From positions 1 through 64,000 of the IMG/VR virus record IMGVR_UViG_3300022200_000033: 64,000 nucleotides of DNA; one strand, written 5' to 3'. Source of the DNA: a virus. A model generated the notes under the pieces. The model had not been told where the DNA came from. It made no database searches and saw only the letters and a list, made by a program, of their open reading frames with translations. The position numbers were made by a program, and so were the translations under genes. Positions 29,240 through 38,408 of this stretch are shown piece after piece (positions within the stretch are counted from its first letter, which is position 1; every line of letters begins with the position of its first letter).

Positions 29240-29931
29240 CTACCCCATTGGGTTTTTAGCATTTTTCCCAGAGTATTCAAGACCATTTCCTATTCCAAAA
29301 CCTGCGCTCCTTGCAGTTGCTCCCTGCAAAGAAACTATGTCGCTTGAATCTTTTACTGATCCTCCAGAAAACACTCTGGCTTTCATGTCTTCCCATTCTT
29401 TTTGACCACGACCTGAAGACTTTCCTTCTAGGTCTATGCCTTGAATAGAAGCAAGAAACTTTTTATCTTCATAGTCTTTATCTCTTTTAGCGATGAGAAT
29501 TGATGTTAGCTCTGGCATAGACAGGCTATCTTCTAGATCTTCATAATCTTTCCAAATTCCAAGAATGAATATTTCTGATTCTATTTTTACAAGGTCTAGG
29601 TCAGACCAGGAATCCCCATCGCTGGTGCGTTTCCCTCATCGTCAAACTTAATACCTGAGGCAGCCTCAATAACTTTATATACGCTAGGAAGATCAATTGT
29701 GTCCTCTAGCTTCTCTCTGTCTGTTGAGAGTTCTGGAGAGTATTGTTGCATAGCAATTTGAACACAATCCATCAGGATGTCCATGGACTTATCATTGCTA
29801 TCTGCTACCTTTGCAATGCCCTCAAACTTTTTCATAAACTGCCTAAGTAGAGAAATCTTCAATGGACGCATTGTAATCTTTGTTCCATCAAGTAGTTCTA
29901 TTTCAGTTTTTTCATAAACGCTAGTTGCCAT
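29240..29931 (-). CDS. tail assembly chaperone, long (-1 frameshifted, gpGT-like) form
   Basis: G GGA AAC slippery site at 29629-29635; -1 frame is open (RTSDGDSWSDLDLVKIESEIFILGIWKDYEDLE...) into track ORF 29240..29518. Confidence 0.8.
29596..29931 (-). CDS. tail assembly chaperone, short (gpG-like) form
   Basis: Between major tail and TMP; ATG 29931 behind GAAAGGA. Confidence 0.8.
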   Translation of the reverse strand: MATSVYEKTEIELLDGTKITMRPLKISLLRQFMKKFEGIAKVADSNDKSMDILMDCVQIAMQQYSPELSTDREKLEDTIDLPSVYKVIEAASGIKFDDEGNAPAMGIPGLT

Positions 29932-29974
29932 TATAGTCCTTTCGTTAACTATTATCTGCACAAATTATAGCATG

Positions 29975-30008
29975 ACAAAGACCCCCGCGCAATGCGCTAG
30001 GGGCCTCT
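29975..30008 (-). terminator. intrinsic terminator after major tail gene
   Basis: GC stem AGAGGCCCC...GGGGGTCTTT. Confidence 0.6.
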
Positions 30009-30035
30009 GACTATTAAATTGTGTTTTGTTTTTTA

Positions 30036-30716
30036 TCAGCTTGTGCTGTTAACTGTTCGGTCAACAATCTTTCCATATGAACCATTGTTTGCAGGAAGCA
30101 AACGGAATGAAACTTCGAACATTGAAGCCTCATCACGCTTTGCTGATACTGTAACGTTATCAATTGAAAGCGCACGGTAAGCAACATAGATACGTTCAAT
30201 GTACTGTGTTGGATCGCATTCACCTGTACCTGGACCAACTGCAACCAGACCTCGTTCTACTGGACATTCGCCAATAGCGCCTGAAGTAAGATCAAGTGTT
30301 GAAGCTGTTGAAACTGTACCAGCATCCATTGGATTGTCTAGTGTTGTGCTTGCACTGTAGGCTGTTGTTGGTGCTGCAATTGCAACAAGAAGGTTTTCAA
30401 GTGTAGCTTCAGCAAATGCTGTTGCTAGATTAACCTGCATTCCTTGCTTGTAGAGCTTTGCAACGTCAAGAAGCTGATCTACCTGTACCTCACCAAAATC
30501 TGGCTGAAACTGTAGTTCAAGACCGTTAGTTGTGTAACCAATGTTACGAACTAGGGCTTGACCTTCTGTTGAATCAGTAAGTGTTTCGATGTATTGAGTA
30601 TCCTCAACAAAGTCTGGGAAGACTACTGTCTCTGGATTAAAATCTGCTCCTGTTGAAACGAACATAGCGGCTGCACCAACAATGATGTTTTTTGAATCTC
30701 CGCGTGTATATGCCAT
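30036..30716 (-). CDS. major tail protein
   Basis: NIIVGAA...GYT.NG...VDQLLD...FRLLP; highly expressed codon bias; precedes chaperones. Confidence 0.8.
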   Translation of the reverse strand: MAYTRGDSKNIIVGAAAMFVSTGADFNPETVVFPDFVEDTQYIETLTDSTEGQALVRNIGYTTNGLELQFQPDFGEVQVDQLLDVAKLYKQGMQVNLATAFAEATLENLLVAIAAPTTAYSASTTLDNPMDAGTVSTASTLDLTSGAIGECPVERGLVAVGPGTGECDPTQYIERIYVAYRALSIDNVTVSAKRDEASMFEVSFRLLPANNGSYGKIVDRTVNSTS

Positions 30717-30792
30717 ATTTTTTCACCTCTTTTTCCATAGTATTTTTTTGTTCCTATGGGGGCGTTTCCTCAATACCTATTATACCGTGTTT

Positions 30793-31326
30793 TTATAGGT
30801 AATCTTCAAGCGAAGTTGTGTAATGATACTCCATATCAATAATAAATTCTGAAATATAGTATGGCCTTATGCTGAAGTCTCTTCTATTTTCTCCCTCTGT
30901 TGCTAAAGACGTTGAGGTTTGATACACCCTGAGTTTGTGAAAGAATATAGGATAAACATCATTTCCACCATTATTTCTAATCCATTTATTTATATCTTTT
31001 GCAGCATCGTCTGATCTATCAAGAATAATTTGTATTGCTGATCCCCAGACTAGAGTGTCTCTTTCTTTAGCCTTTAGGTTATACCTGATCTCCTCGCACT
31101 TTATTGGATAAAATGGATCTTTCATTTTTGTAAACATTCTGTCATAAATAATATAAGTCTTGTTGTCCCAAGTCTTTTTTCCAGAGGCACTATCGCTTAA
31201 TGGGAAAATTGGGACTGTCTGACCATAGTTCTTTGATTGGGATAAAGATGGTTCAATTGCTTTCATTGTGTCCCAGAAGTACTTGTTTACTGCAATAGGG
31301 GCTACCCCTAACATGTCTAAGCTCAT
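30793..31326 (-). CDS. tail completion/terminator-like protein
   Basis: Position in head-tail connector block. Confidence 0.5.
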   Translation of the reverse strand: MSLDMLGVAPIAVNKYFWDTMKAIEPSLSQSKNYGQTVPIFPLSDSASGKKTWDNKTYIIYDRMFTKMKDPFYPIKCEEIRYNLKAKERDTLVWGSAIQIILDRSDDAAKDINKWIRNNGGNDVYPIFFHKLRVYQTSTSLATEGENRRDFSIRPYYISEFIIDMEYHYTTSLEDYL

Positions 31327-31997
31327 ACTAATCTATCCCCAGACATTGAAAAGTATTTTCTTCCTGCTATAACTCCTATAGACTTTCCAGCTTTAGTTCC
31401 TTGTGAATATAGTGCAGAGAACTCTTTTGGATTTTTTAGCTTTGTTATTAGTGGCCTAAGTATTGATTGAACAAGGTATGAGTCAAAAAATTCTTCAATT
31501 ACATTGCCAAAACTTCCAGCAACTTGGTCCCCTCCTGGATGAGCTATATAGACTGAGTTAGCTGTAAACACAGTTTCACCATCATCTTCAAAAGCAAGAA
31601 CAGAAGAATTTTTAGGTGTAACTGTTACAGATATTCCATTTTCCATAATATTTGCTTTATCTACAAATACTTGACCAGATTCAGATGCAGGCTTCTTTGA
31701 TGATAAAAACTTTCCGTTAAATGTAATAGAGTATTTTGTTGCGTCAACATTGATAGTAAATAGTCTTGATCCTTTATTCCCTACTTCATTCCATTCATAT
31801 ATGTGATGAAGCATTGATGGATTCATCCTTGCTTTTGAATCAATGTATCCACCTAGAGCCTCTGCTGTATATCCCCCCAGAACTTTATTAAATTCTGTTC
31901 TGTTTAAATCTATACCTTGTAAGAATCCATTAGAGTAGGAAACTGTATTTTTTAAAATCTTTGACAATTCATCATTTTTGATCTTTGTTGTAATCAC
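31323..31997 (-). CDS. neck / head-tail joining protein
   Basis: Position; I.P...KxxxLAF...V.HPG motif. Confidence 0.55.
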   Translation of the reverse strand: MITTKIKNDELSKILKNTVSYSNGFLQGIDLNRTEFNKVLGGYTAEALGGYIDSKARMNPSMLHHIYEWNEVGNKGSRLFTINVDATKYSITFNGKFLSSKKPASESGQVFVDKANIMENGISVTVTPKNSSVLAFEDDGETVFTANSVYIAHPGGDQVAGSFGNVIEEFFDSYLVQSILRPLITKLKNPKEFSALYSQGTKAGKSIGVIAGRKYFSMSGDRLV

Positions 31998-31998
31998 G

Positions 31999-32427
31999 TT
32001 AAATCTCCTGCCTATCAGATCTATTAAATAGTATCTTGTAGTATTCTATTTCGTTCCAAGGATTGACATATGGCTCTACCGCCGTAACTTCGTATACTGT
32101 TGGCTCTCCATCGCTTTCAACATAAAAGATAGTTTTATTATTTACATCCTGGATATTTGTAATAAGTATGCTTGTTATTGGGTAATAAATTCCTTCTAAA
32201 GATACTCTGGGATCTTTTATAGTTCTTCCAATTAGTTTATTTTCGTACTCAAAAAACATATTATTCTTCAAGCTATCTTTTTCTACTGCACCCAGATTTT
32301 CAGCGTAACCCAATAGTGTCTGATCAAGTCTCCAAGTTTTGTTCTCCATTCCAAAGTCATCTTGACTTTCTGTAGAATAGTAAATGTCTAGATTCATTGA
32401 AAACAGCATACTTGGACCACAGATCAA
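31999..32427 (-). CDS. head-tail stopper-like protein
   Basis: Position; D.FG...W...YEVTAVEP. Confidence 0.55.
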   Translation of the reverse strand: MICGPSMLFSMNLDIYYSTESQDDFGMENKTWRLDQTLLGYAENLGAVEKDSLKNNMFFEYENKLIGRTIKDPRVSLEGIYYPITSILITNIQDVNNKTIFYVESDGEPTVYEVTAVEPYVNPWNEIEYYKILFNRSDRQEI

Positions 32428-33381
32428 TTAAATCACTCCAAGTCTATATATTGGTGTTATATATCTTTCTAATATCCTGTCTACCGTTAGGTTCCCTGAA
32501 CCCCTTAAAGATATATCAGAGTACTTTACTCTAAACTGATCTGTTTGATATTCTGTAATATATTTATCTATATAGGAAAGCCTTCCACACTTAATATCAT
32601 CAATCAGTAATGTTGTTGCATCTTTTATGTCTTGAGGAACAACAGGCCATCCCCATTCCCCAGAAACAATGTAGTCCCATCCCTTTGGGAAAAGTGGGGC
32701 TCCATTAATTTCTGTTAAAGATAAAACTTGGTCATAATTATCTCCATAAAGCATGAATGAGTCGGATGCCCCTACTGGAAGTCTTACCACCTTTGACTGT
32801 GCTCTATTGTATTCTCCAATTACTTGTATTGTCATTGCGGTATTGTCTGGTGTGGTTACATATACATATTGACCATCAAGTGGCTTTATACGATCATAAA
32901 CCTTTACGTTATTTTCATAGACAGCGTTTATCTTGTTAGCCCTTTTTCTTAAAGGTAGCACATCTGCTCCAAGACCAGACGCCTCTTCTGATTTTGACTC
33001 GTAATAAAAGCCTCCAACAATCGTATCAATTATGTGACGAGCAGTTCTTTCTAGTAATGCATACTCTTCAAAATCACAATCGTCATCGGAGAGGGTTCTT
33101 GGATCTACATATGGTCTGTAAATATATAGGTTGTCTATTACAACTGTCTCATCTGCAATTGAGTCAACTATTGTATAAATATACAGAGAATAAGTTCCAT
33201 CATATTTTTCAAAATAGTTTGGGATTGTGTAATTAATTGCGCCAGAGGGTGATGATGTAACTTTTTCAGAAACTATAAGCTCTGTATGATCGTTATATAT
33301 CTCAAGAATATATTCTGTATCTGCTGTAAGACCAGTATAAGATGCAGTTAGCGGAAATGGGGTTTGACGCAATATGTCCAT
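32428..33381 (-). CDS. head-tail adaptor protein
   Basis: GW.VVP.DIK.A..LL...GNL.VD.IL..Y adaptor motif. Confidence 0.7.
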   Translation of the reverse strand: MDILRQTPFPLTASYTGLTADTEYILEIYNDHTELIVSEKVTSSPSGAINYTIPNYFEKYDGTYSLYIYTIVDSIADETVVIDNLYIYRPYVDPRTLSDDDCDFEEYALLERTARHIIDTIVGGFYYESKSEEASGLGADVLPLRKRANKINAVYENNVKVYDRIKPLDGQYVYVTTPDNTAMTIQVIGEYNRAQSKVVRLPVGASDSFMLYGDNYDQVLSLTEINGAPLFPKGWDYIVSGEWGWPVVPQDIKDATTLLIDDIKCGRLSYIDKYITEYQTDQFRVKYSDISLRGSGNLTVDRILERYITPIYRLGVI

Positions 33382-33382
33382 G

Positions 33383-33787
33383 CTATAAGCCGTAGTGGTC
33401 TGCTACTTCTTCTGGAGTTGCTTCACGAACAGAAGATAGTGTTAACCACTTTTCAGCCGCCTCCTTGGTAACAATATTATATCCTGGAACCAATGACCCA
33501 ACCAGATTCCATCTTAAATTCTTTTGTGAATAAACAGCAACCTTTGATGGTGATGGTTTTTCTGGTGTTCCCTTGGTAGCATTTTTATTTGACATGACTG
33601 GTGACACAATCACATTCTCTGGCTTGTCTAGGTTAGTATCTTCACCGATATTTGATTCAATATTTAAAATTTTTGAAAGAATTTTTGTCTTTGTTTTAGC
33701 ATCGCCCAAGCTAATATTGTTTTCTTCTGCATAGTCTCTGAGTTCTTTTGCAGTCTTTAAAGATAGATCTTCCATTATTTCTCCCAT
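33383..33787 (-). CDS. hypothetical protein with HeH/Rho-N-like N-terminus
   Basis: KTAKELRDYAEENNI.L....K..IL; follows MCP. Confidence 0.6.
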   Translation of the reverse strand: MGEIMEDLSLKTAKELRDYAEENNISLGDAKTKTKILSKILNIESNIGEDTNLDKPENVIVSPVMSNKNATKGTPEKPSPSKVAVYSQKNLRWNLVGSLVPGYNIVTKEAAEKWLTLSSVREATPEEVADHYGL

Positions 33788-33812
33788 TCTCTAATTATAA
33801 CAGAATATAGCT

Positions 33813-33844
33813 GAGGGGGCAGAGAGTATTTTCCCTGCCCCCAC
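33813..33844 (-). terminator. terminator-like hairpin after MCP
   Basis: GGGGCAGGGA-loop-TCTCTGCCCC stem. Confidence 0.6.
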
Positions 33845-33866
33845 AAGCATTTTTTTTATTTAGTTA

Positions 33867-34997
33867 TTAGGATGGATCGACGGCTGCATCTGCGTAAGCA
33901 ACTGCGTCAAGCTCTTCCCATGTGATGCCTAGACGGACGAATACTGTGTATTCGATTGTGTCCTTCTTGGCTTGGTACTGGCGATTCACTGTGATATCGC
34001 GTTGGAAACCCCAAACACGGTTCTGTGGGAATGTAAGATCTACATAATCCGCAGGGTAGTAAGGAACCTCCATGACATCAATACCGAGAACACGGGTAGT
34101 GCGAGCACCACCGAATGTCTGTCCAGCGCCACCTAGGTATGCGTTGGCGTATTGATCTGTACCACGGAGAGCAGGAGCAACAGCTTCTGCAATAGCGTCT
34201 GCAAGTGTTCCGTTGTTAGCAACGATACCTGCAAATACATCTGTACCTGCGTAAAACTTAAGACCACTCTTTACAGCGCGGTACTTGCGTGGCAATGCGT
34301 AGATGATCTGCTGCATGACCTCTGGAGTCCACTCGTTACCTGTTACAGTTACGACTGCCTCATGAGCGTCGCTACCAGTTGTTACCTGATTGACGAAACC
34401 GTTCATGATTCCTAGGAATGGGTCAACACCACCGTCACCGTTAATAGCCAAGTCTTCGATATCGTTACCGAAAGCGTTGGTCATCAGACGGACAAGATGA
34501 TCTTCAAGAGCACCTCCTTCAATGTTGTCCTCAAGGGACTCTGTTGAAACTTCCCAGTCAAGACGGATCTTCTTTGTTGTAAGTTCCACCTTTGTGAAAG
34601 TTGCGCCAGCATTTGTGTAGCTGCCTTCTGCTTGTGCTGCTGCACGGATAACGCGCTCACCAACGTTGACCTTTTCGATCTCCATTGTGTTTGCACGCAT
34701 TGTTACCCTGCGTCCATCGTTAGCAAGAACTGTTGCATCCCAAACATAATCGATAAAACGATTAGCTTGTTCTGGATTCAGGATACCTCCAGCAACACCT
34801 GTTGGGTTGACTGCGTTTGGTCCTGTTGTAACTCCATAGTTAGCGGTTGGAATGTTTCCAATTACGCCAGCTCCTGGATCTGTTACGCCGCCAATGTTGC
34901 CAGCTGCAACGGCTCCTTGACCTTGGTATAGACCTGGTGCTGGATCGCCGTATTTGCCAGCCTCACTTGGCTGATTCTTTAAAATTTCTTCTGACAT
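33867..34997 (-). CDS. major capsid protein (HK97 fold)
   Basis: GGILNPEQANRFIDY, EDNIEG, DIEDLAINGD; strong codon bias; ATG 34997 behind GGAGGTG. Confidence 0.9.
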   Translation of the reverse strand: MSEEILKNQPSEAGKYGDPAPGLYQGQGAVAAGNIGGVTDPGAGVIGNIPTANYGVTTGPNAVNPTGVAGGILNPEQANRFIDYVWDATVLANDGRRVTMRANTMEIEKVNVGERVIRAAAQAEGSYTNAGATFTKVELTTKKIRLDWEVSTESLEDNIEGGALEDHLVRLMTNAFGNDIEDLAINGDGGVDPFLGIMNGFVNQVTTGSDAHEAVVTVTGNEWTPEVMQQIIYALPRKYRAVKSGLKFYAGTDVFAGIVANNGTLADAIAEAVAPALRGTDQYANAYLGGAGQTFGGARTTRVLGIDVMEVPYYPADYVDLTFPQNRVWGFQRDITVNRQYQAKKDTIEYTVFVRLGITWEELDAVAYADAAVDPS

Positions 34998-35030
34998 TGT
35001 ATATTTCACCTCCATTTTTCTTTTTTATTA

Positions 35031-36356
35031 TTATGCGAATAGGTCGGACTTTGTGAGGAAACGTCCACCCCATAGTGCTTTTTGCTGAGCCTTTTCGAAA
35101 ATTGGCTCCTGTACGATCTCTCCGAGATCGCCAGACTTACGGAAAGCAGTATCTTTTTCTACTGCATCTACACGCTTTCCAAAATCATTTTTTACTGAAT
35201 CAACATCTTGTCTAACACCTGTAACTGTCTTGTTGAGTTCGTCTACCTTCTCATTAAGAGCCTTAATGGTGTCAGCAAGCATGGTGAATGTTGAGTGAAC
35301 CTCTTGAATGAGTGCCTTTGCAACTTCATCTTCTTCAGGCTTCATTGACTTTTCTTCCATTTCTTCCTCTTCATCCATGGATTTCTCAGCCATATCCCCT
35401 TCATCTTCTTCTTCTGTTGAAACTTCAATCTCTACAGCCTTCTCTACTTCTTCTTCAGCCTTTTCTGATTCTGGCTCAGACTTCTCTAGTTCTGGCTCTA
35501 CAGCTTTTTCAACTTCTGTTTCAGATTTTTCCATTTCAACTTCTACAGCTTTTTCTACGGTTTCTGTAACAATATCTGTTACATCTTCCATAGGTACTGT
35601 TTCTGTATTTTCATTTTCCATCTTGCTTACCTCCTTTGCGTCATTTTTGATAGTAGAAAGAATAGACTTTACTACCTCTGCTTTTTGAGCATCATTAGTC
35701 TCAACGAAACCAATGTTGTTCATACCTTTGTCGCACCTTGGGCAGTCTGATGTACTACCAGAAGATAGTTGAACAATATCGTCACCTTTGCACCAAAATA
35801 CGTTTTCAATTAGGGCTTTAGAAAGATACCCTCCAGCATGACCTTTTTCAATGCTAATAACATTGGCGTATTGATTTGCAGGATTGTCTACTAAAGACAA
35901 CTCAAAGAGATCATAATCTTTAATGATCCTAATAGATTTATTAGCACCTTCATCAAAAGTATCTTCGGAATCTTTTACACTGCCACCGATTGAAAAACCT
36001 GTTAGCGTACCGTCAAGAACTTTTTCCCATGTATCCTGAGCACCCTTACTTACATATGTAGAAACAAAAACACCCTTATAAAATTTTCCAGTTTCTTGGT
36101 CATAGAATGAATCTTCTTTGAATGATACTAGTTTTCCGACAGCCTTCTTGTCATCGTGCATTTCTCTGATGTTCCCACGGAATTGCTCAAAAGCTTTTAC
36201 GCTAGCTTCTGATGGAACAATGTCCCCTTGTCTATCAATGTTATCAAGAGTAGCAAATCCAGATACGATTCTTCTCTCTATATCAATTTTTGCAATAGGC
36301 ATTGAAAGACGTAAACTGCTTCCTTCAGATTCCCAGTGTGCCTTAGAAATTTCCAT
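35031..36356 (-). CDS. prohead protease fused to acidic scaffold domain
   Basis: VSGFAT..N.D.QGD, REMH, GFSIGG, ELSLVD.PAN (HK97/S78-type); Glu-rich C-terminal coiled coil. Confidence 0.88.
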   Translation of the reverse strand: MEISKAHWESEGSSLRLSMPIAKIDIERRIVSGFATLDNIDRQGDIVPSEASVKAFEQFRGNIREMHDDKKAVGKLVSFKEDSFYDQETGKFYKGVFVSTYVSKGAQDTWEKVLDGTLTGFSIGGSVKDSEDTFDEGANKSIRIIKDYDLFELSLVDNPANQYANVISIEKGHAGGYLSKALIENVFWCKGDDIVQLSSGSTSDCPRCDKGMNNIGFVETNDAQKAEVVKSILSTIKNDAKEVSKMENENTETVPMEDVTDIVTETVEKAVEVEMEKSETEVEKAVEPELEKSEPESEKAEEEVEKAVEIEVSTEEEDEGDMAEKSMDEEEEMEEKSMKPEEDEVAKALIQEVHSTFTMLADTIKALNEKVDELNKTVTGVRQDVDSVKNDFGKRVDAVEKDTAFRKSGDLGEIVQEPIFEKAQQKALWGGRFLTKSDLFA

Positions 36357-36391
36357 ATTGGTTCCTATTATACATCATTTTTATCAAATTG

Positions 36392-38023
36392 TTACTGTGT
36401 TGATCTTCCCTCACCTTGAGGGTTTCTTCCAGTAGTTGTAGCAACGCTATCTGATGCATTATTCATCCTTTCTGCATCTCTTTGTCTGTTACCTGACAAG
36501 TTTGCGCGAGCATCAGTTGCTTGTCTTGGAGTCATCTCAAAGACTTCATCTCCACCTGGCCTTTGCGGTAGCCCAATCTGCTCTCTTGCTTCATTTGGAG
36601 TCATTACCTGAGTTTTAATATATCTTTCAAGCATTTGTGATTGAGCTACTTCATCTGTCAAAGTTAGTTCATTAAACTTAAGATCGATAAGGTCTGTTTT
36701 TGTCTTAACAATCTTGCTTAGCATTTTTTCAATATATCTTTGTGCTGGACGAGTTACCTGTTCCTTGAATGTTCTATCTTGAGACATTGCAGCAGCAAGA
36801 CCTCCAGTATCAACTCCGCCAAGCTTTGAAAGTGGAACTTGATGAGCCATGAGAATGTCATCACGATTCTTTTGGTGATAGTCATTAAATGATGCTTCTT
36901 GAACATTTGCTTCAACAGGAATCATCTTAAAGTCAATGGCATTTCCCTGTGAGTCTGCGGGTAGTGGAACGTAAAGGGTTCTGTGGTTCTGACCCTTTAA
37001 TCCAGTCTGCAGGAATCTAAACAATCTATCCTCTGACTCAGAATCAAGCCTTGCCCCCTTAACAACAACTATGTATCTTGGAACAGCTTTATTTTCAAAA
37101 TAGTCAATATTGAATTGTGATGCTAACTGATCTCCCTTAAGAGATAAATAAGCAGAAAGAATATCTGGAACACCATAAAATGTGTTTAGTGGTGAGTAAG
37201 CTTTAAAGTGAATTACCTCGTTTGGACGGGGATCTTCTGTAATTGGATTAGGGTTAGTTGCTCCAAAGTTGCGGAAGTACACTATCTTTCCTGCAATAAT
37301 TTGAGTAAAACCATCACGAATTCTGCGTACCCTCATTGTTGTAGCTGGAATATGTCCAAGGTATCCAATGTCTCCAGCGACTGTTCTACCAACTTCTAGG
37401 TAACCGTTTCCTGTTGACTCAAGGTCAAGAAGAACCTTCTCCATGCTTGTAGTAAAACTATCATCATCGTTTAGACTTTCAATCCACTCTATTGCCTCGC
37501 CCTTTAATCTATCTAAGCGACGACGAGCCTTTTGCATAGCAGTTTCATTTTCCATTGACTCAATTCTAAGAATAACGTCTTTTGCTACATCAAACTTATA
37601 TCCAAGACCGACGGTGTTTGATACCTTTGCATCAATTGCTGCATGGTTGGCAAAGTTTGTATCATAAAAATTTGCAAGTTCGTATAGGTTATAAGGTGGT
37701 GTTATGACATCAAAAAGCCCATATCCATTTCTAAAGACTTCTCCTGGATTCATTTGCTTTGATTGAACTCCATCAACTCCAGTAGCTCTTGTTCCCGCTG
37801 CAACAGCGTATGAACCAGTGGCTCTTCCATCTCTGTCGATGGGAATATTTATAGATTTCTCTAGTTTATTATTTGTTCTGGTAGTTCTTCTTTTAAAGTT
37901 AGTATTTAAACCATCAAAATCCTTAATCTCTTCCCATGACTTACTGAATGGATCTTTAGAGATAAACTCATTTTCAACCTCAATGTCGTCAGAGTACTTT
38001 ATAGCAATTCTTTGTTCTTCCAT
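36392..38023 (-). CDS. portal protein
   Basis: GNGYLEV.R, EVIHFK, YGVP, YF.NxAVP, MTPNEAR..GLP. Confidence 0.92.
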   Translation of the reverse strand: MEEQRIAIKYSDDIEVENEFISKDPFSKSWEEIKDFDGLNTNFKRRTTRTNNKLEKSINIPIDRDGRATGSYAVAAGTRATGVDGVQSKQMNPGEVFRNGYGLFDVITPPYNLYELANFYDTNFANHAAIDAKVSNTVGLGYKFDVAKDVILRIESMENETAMQKARRRLDRLKGEAIEWIESLNDDDSFTTSMEKVLLDLESTGNGYLEVGRTVAGDIGYLGHIPATTMRVRRIRDGFTQIIAGKIVYFRNFGATNPNPITEDPRPNEVIHFKAYSPLNTFYGVPDILSAYLSLKGDQLASQFNIDYFENKAVPRYIVVVKGARLDSESEDRLFRFLQTGLKGQNHRTLYVPLPADSQGNAIDFKMIPVEANVQEASFNDYHQKNRDDILMAHQVPLSKLGGVDTGGLAAAMSQDRTFKEQVTRPAQRYIEKMLSKIVKTKTDLIDLKFNELTLTDEVAQSQMLERYIKTQVMTPNEAREQIGLPQRPGGDEVFEMTPRQATDARANLSGNRQRDAERMNNASDSVATTTGRNPQGEGRSTQ

Positions 38024-38391
38024 TAATCTTGTGCTCCGTATTTCTTAAGTGTTTGTTGAGCATCGTATACTGCTCCCATATCATTCAGGTTTGGAATTAA
38101 TCCATTCTTCATTCTGTCTACCTGCTCTGAGTGTCCTTCATCGCTGATTCTACTTATTCCAGCGTAAAACCATGGGCTTCCATCTGGCTGTCCATAGTGG
38201 GCTGCTGCTTTTCTTAGTTCAGAAATATTTGATAAGTCATGTTTTCTTGACGGAATGTTTAAAAGATTCCCTTGACCATCATTAAAAAGGTGTCCATCTG
38301 GAAGTTTCCAGAAGTAAAGTCCCCATTCGTACCCTTTATCTATGATTGTGGCTTTTGATTTGCCTACTTTTGGCTTTCTAGTATTACTCAT
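38023..38391 (-). CDS. hypothetical protein coupled to portal
   Basis: TAATG coupling; leaderless promoter. Confidence 0.7.
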   Translation of the reverse strand: MSNTRKPKVGKSKATIIDKGYEWGLYFWKLPDGHLFNDGQGNLLNIPSRKHDLSNISELRKAAAHYGQPDGSPWFYAGISRISDEGHSEQVDRMKNGLIPNLNDMGAVYDAQQTLKKYGAQD

Positions 38392-38408
38392 GGTTGAATT
38401 ATAGCAGA

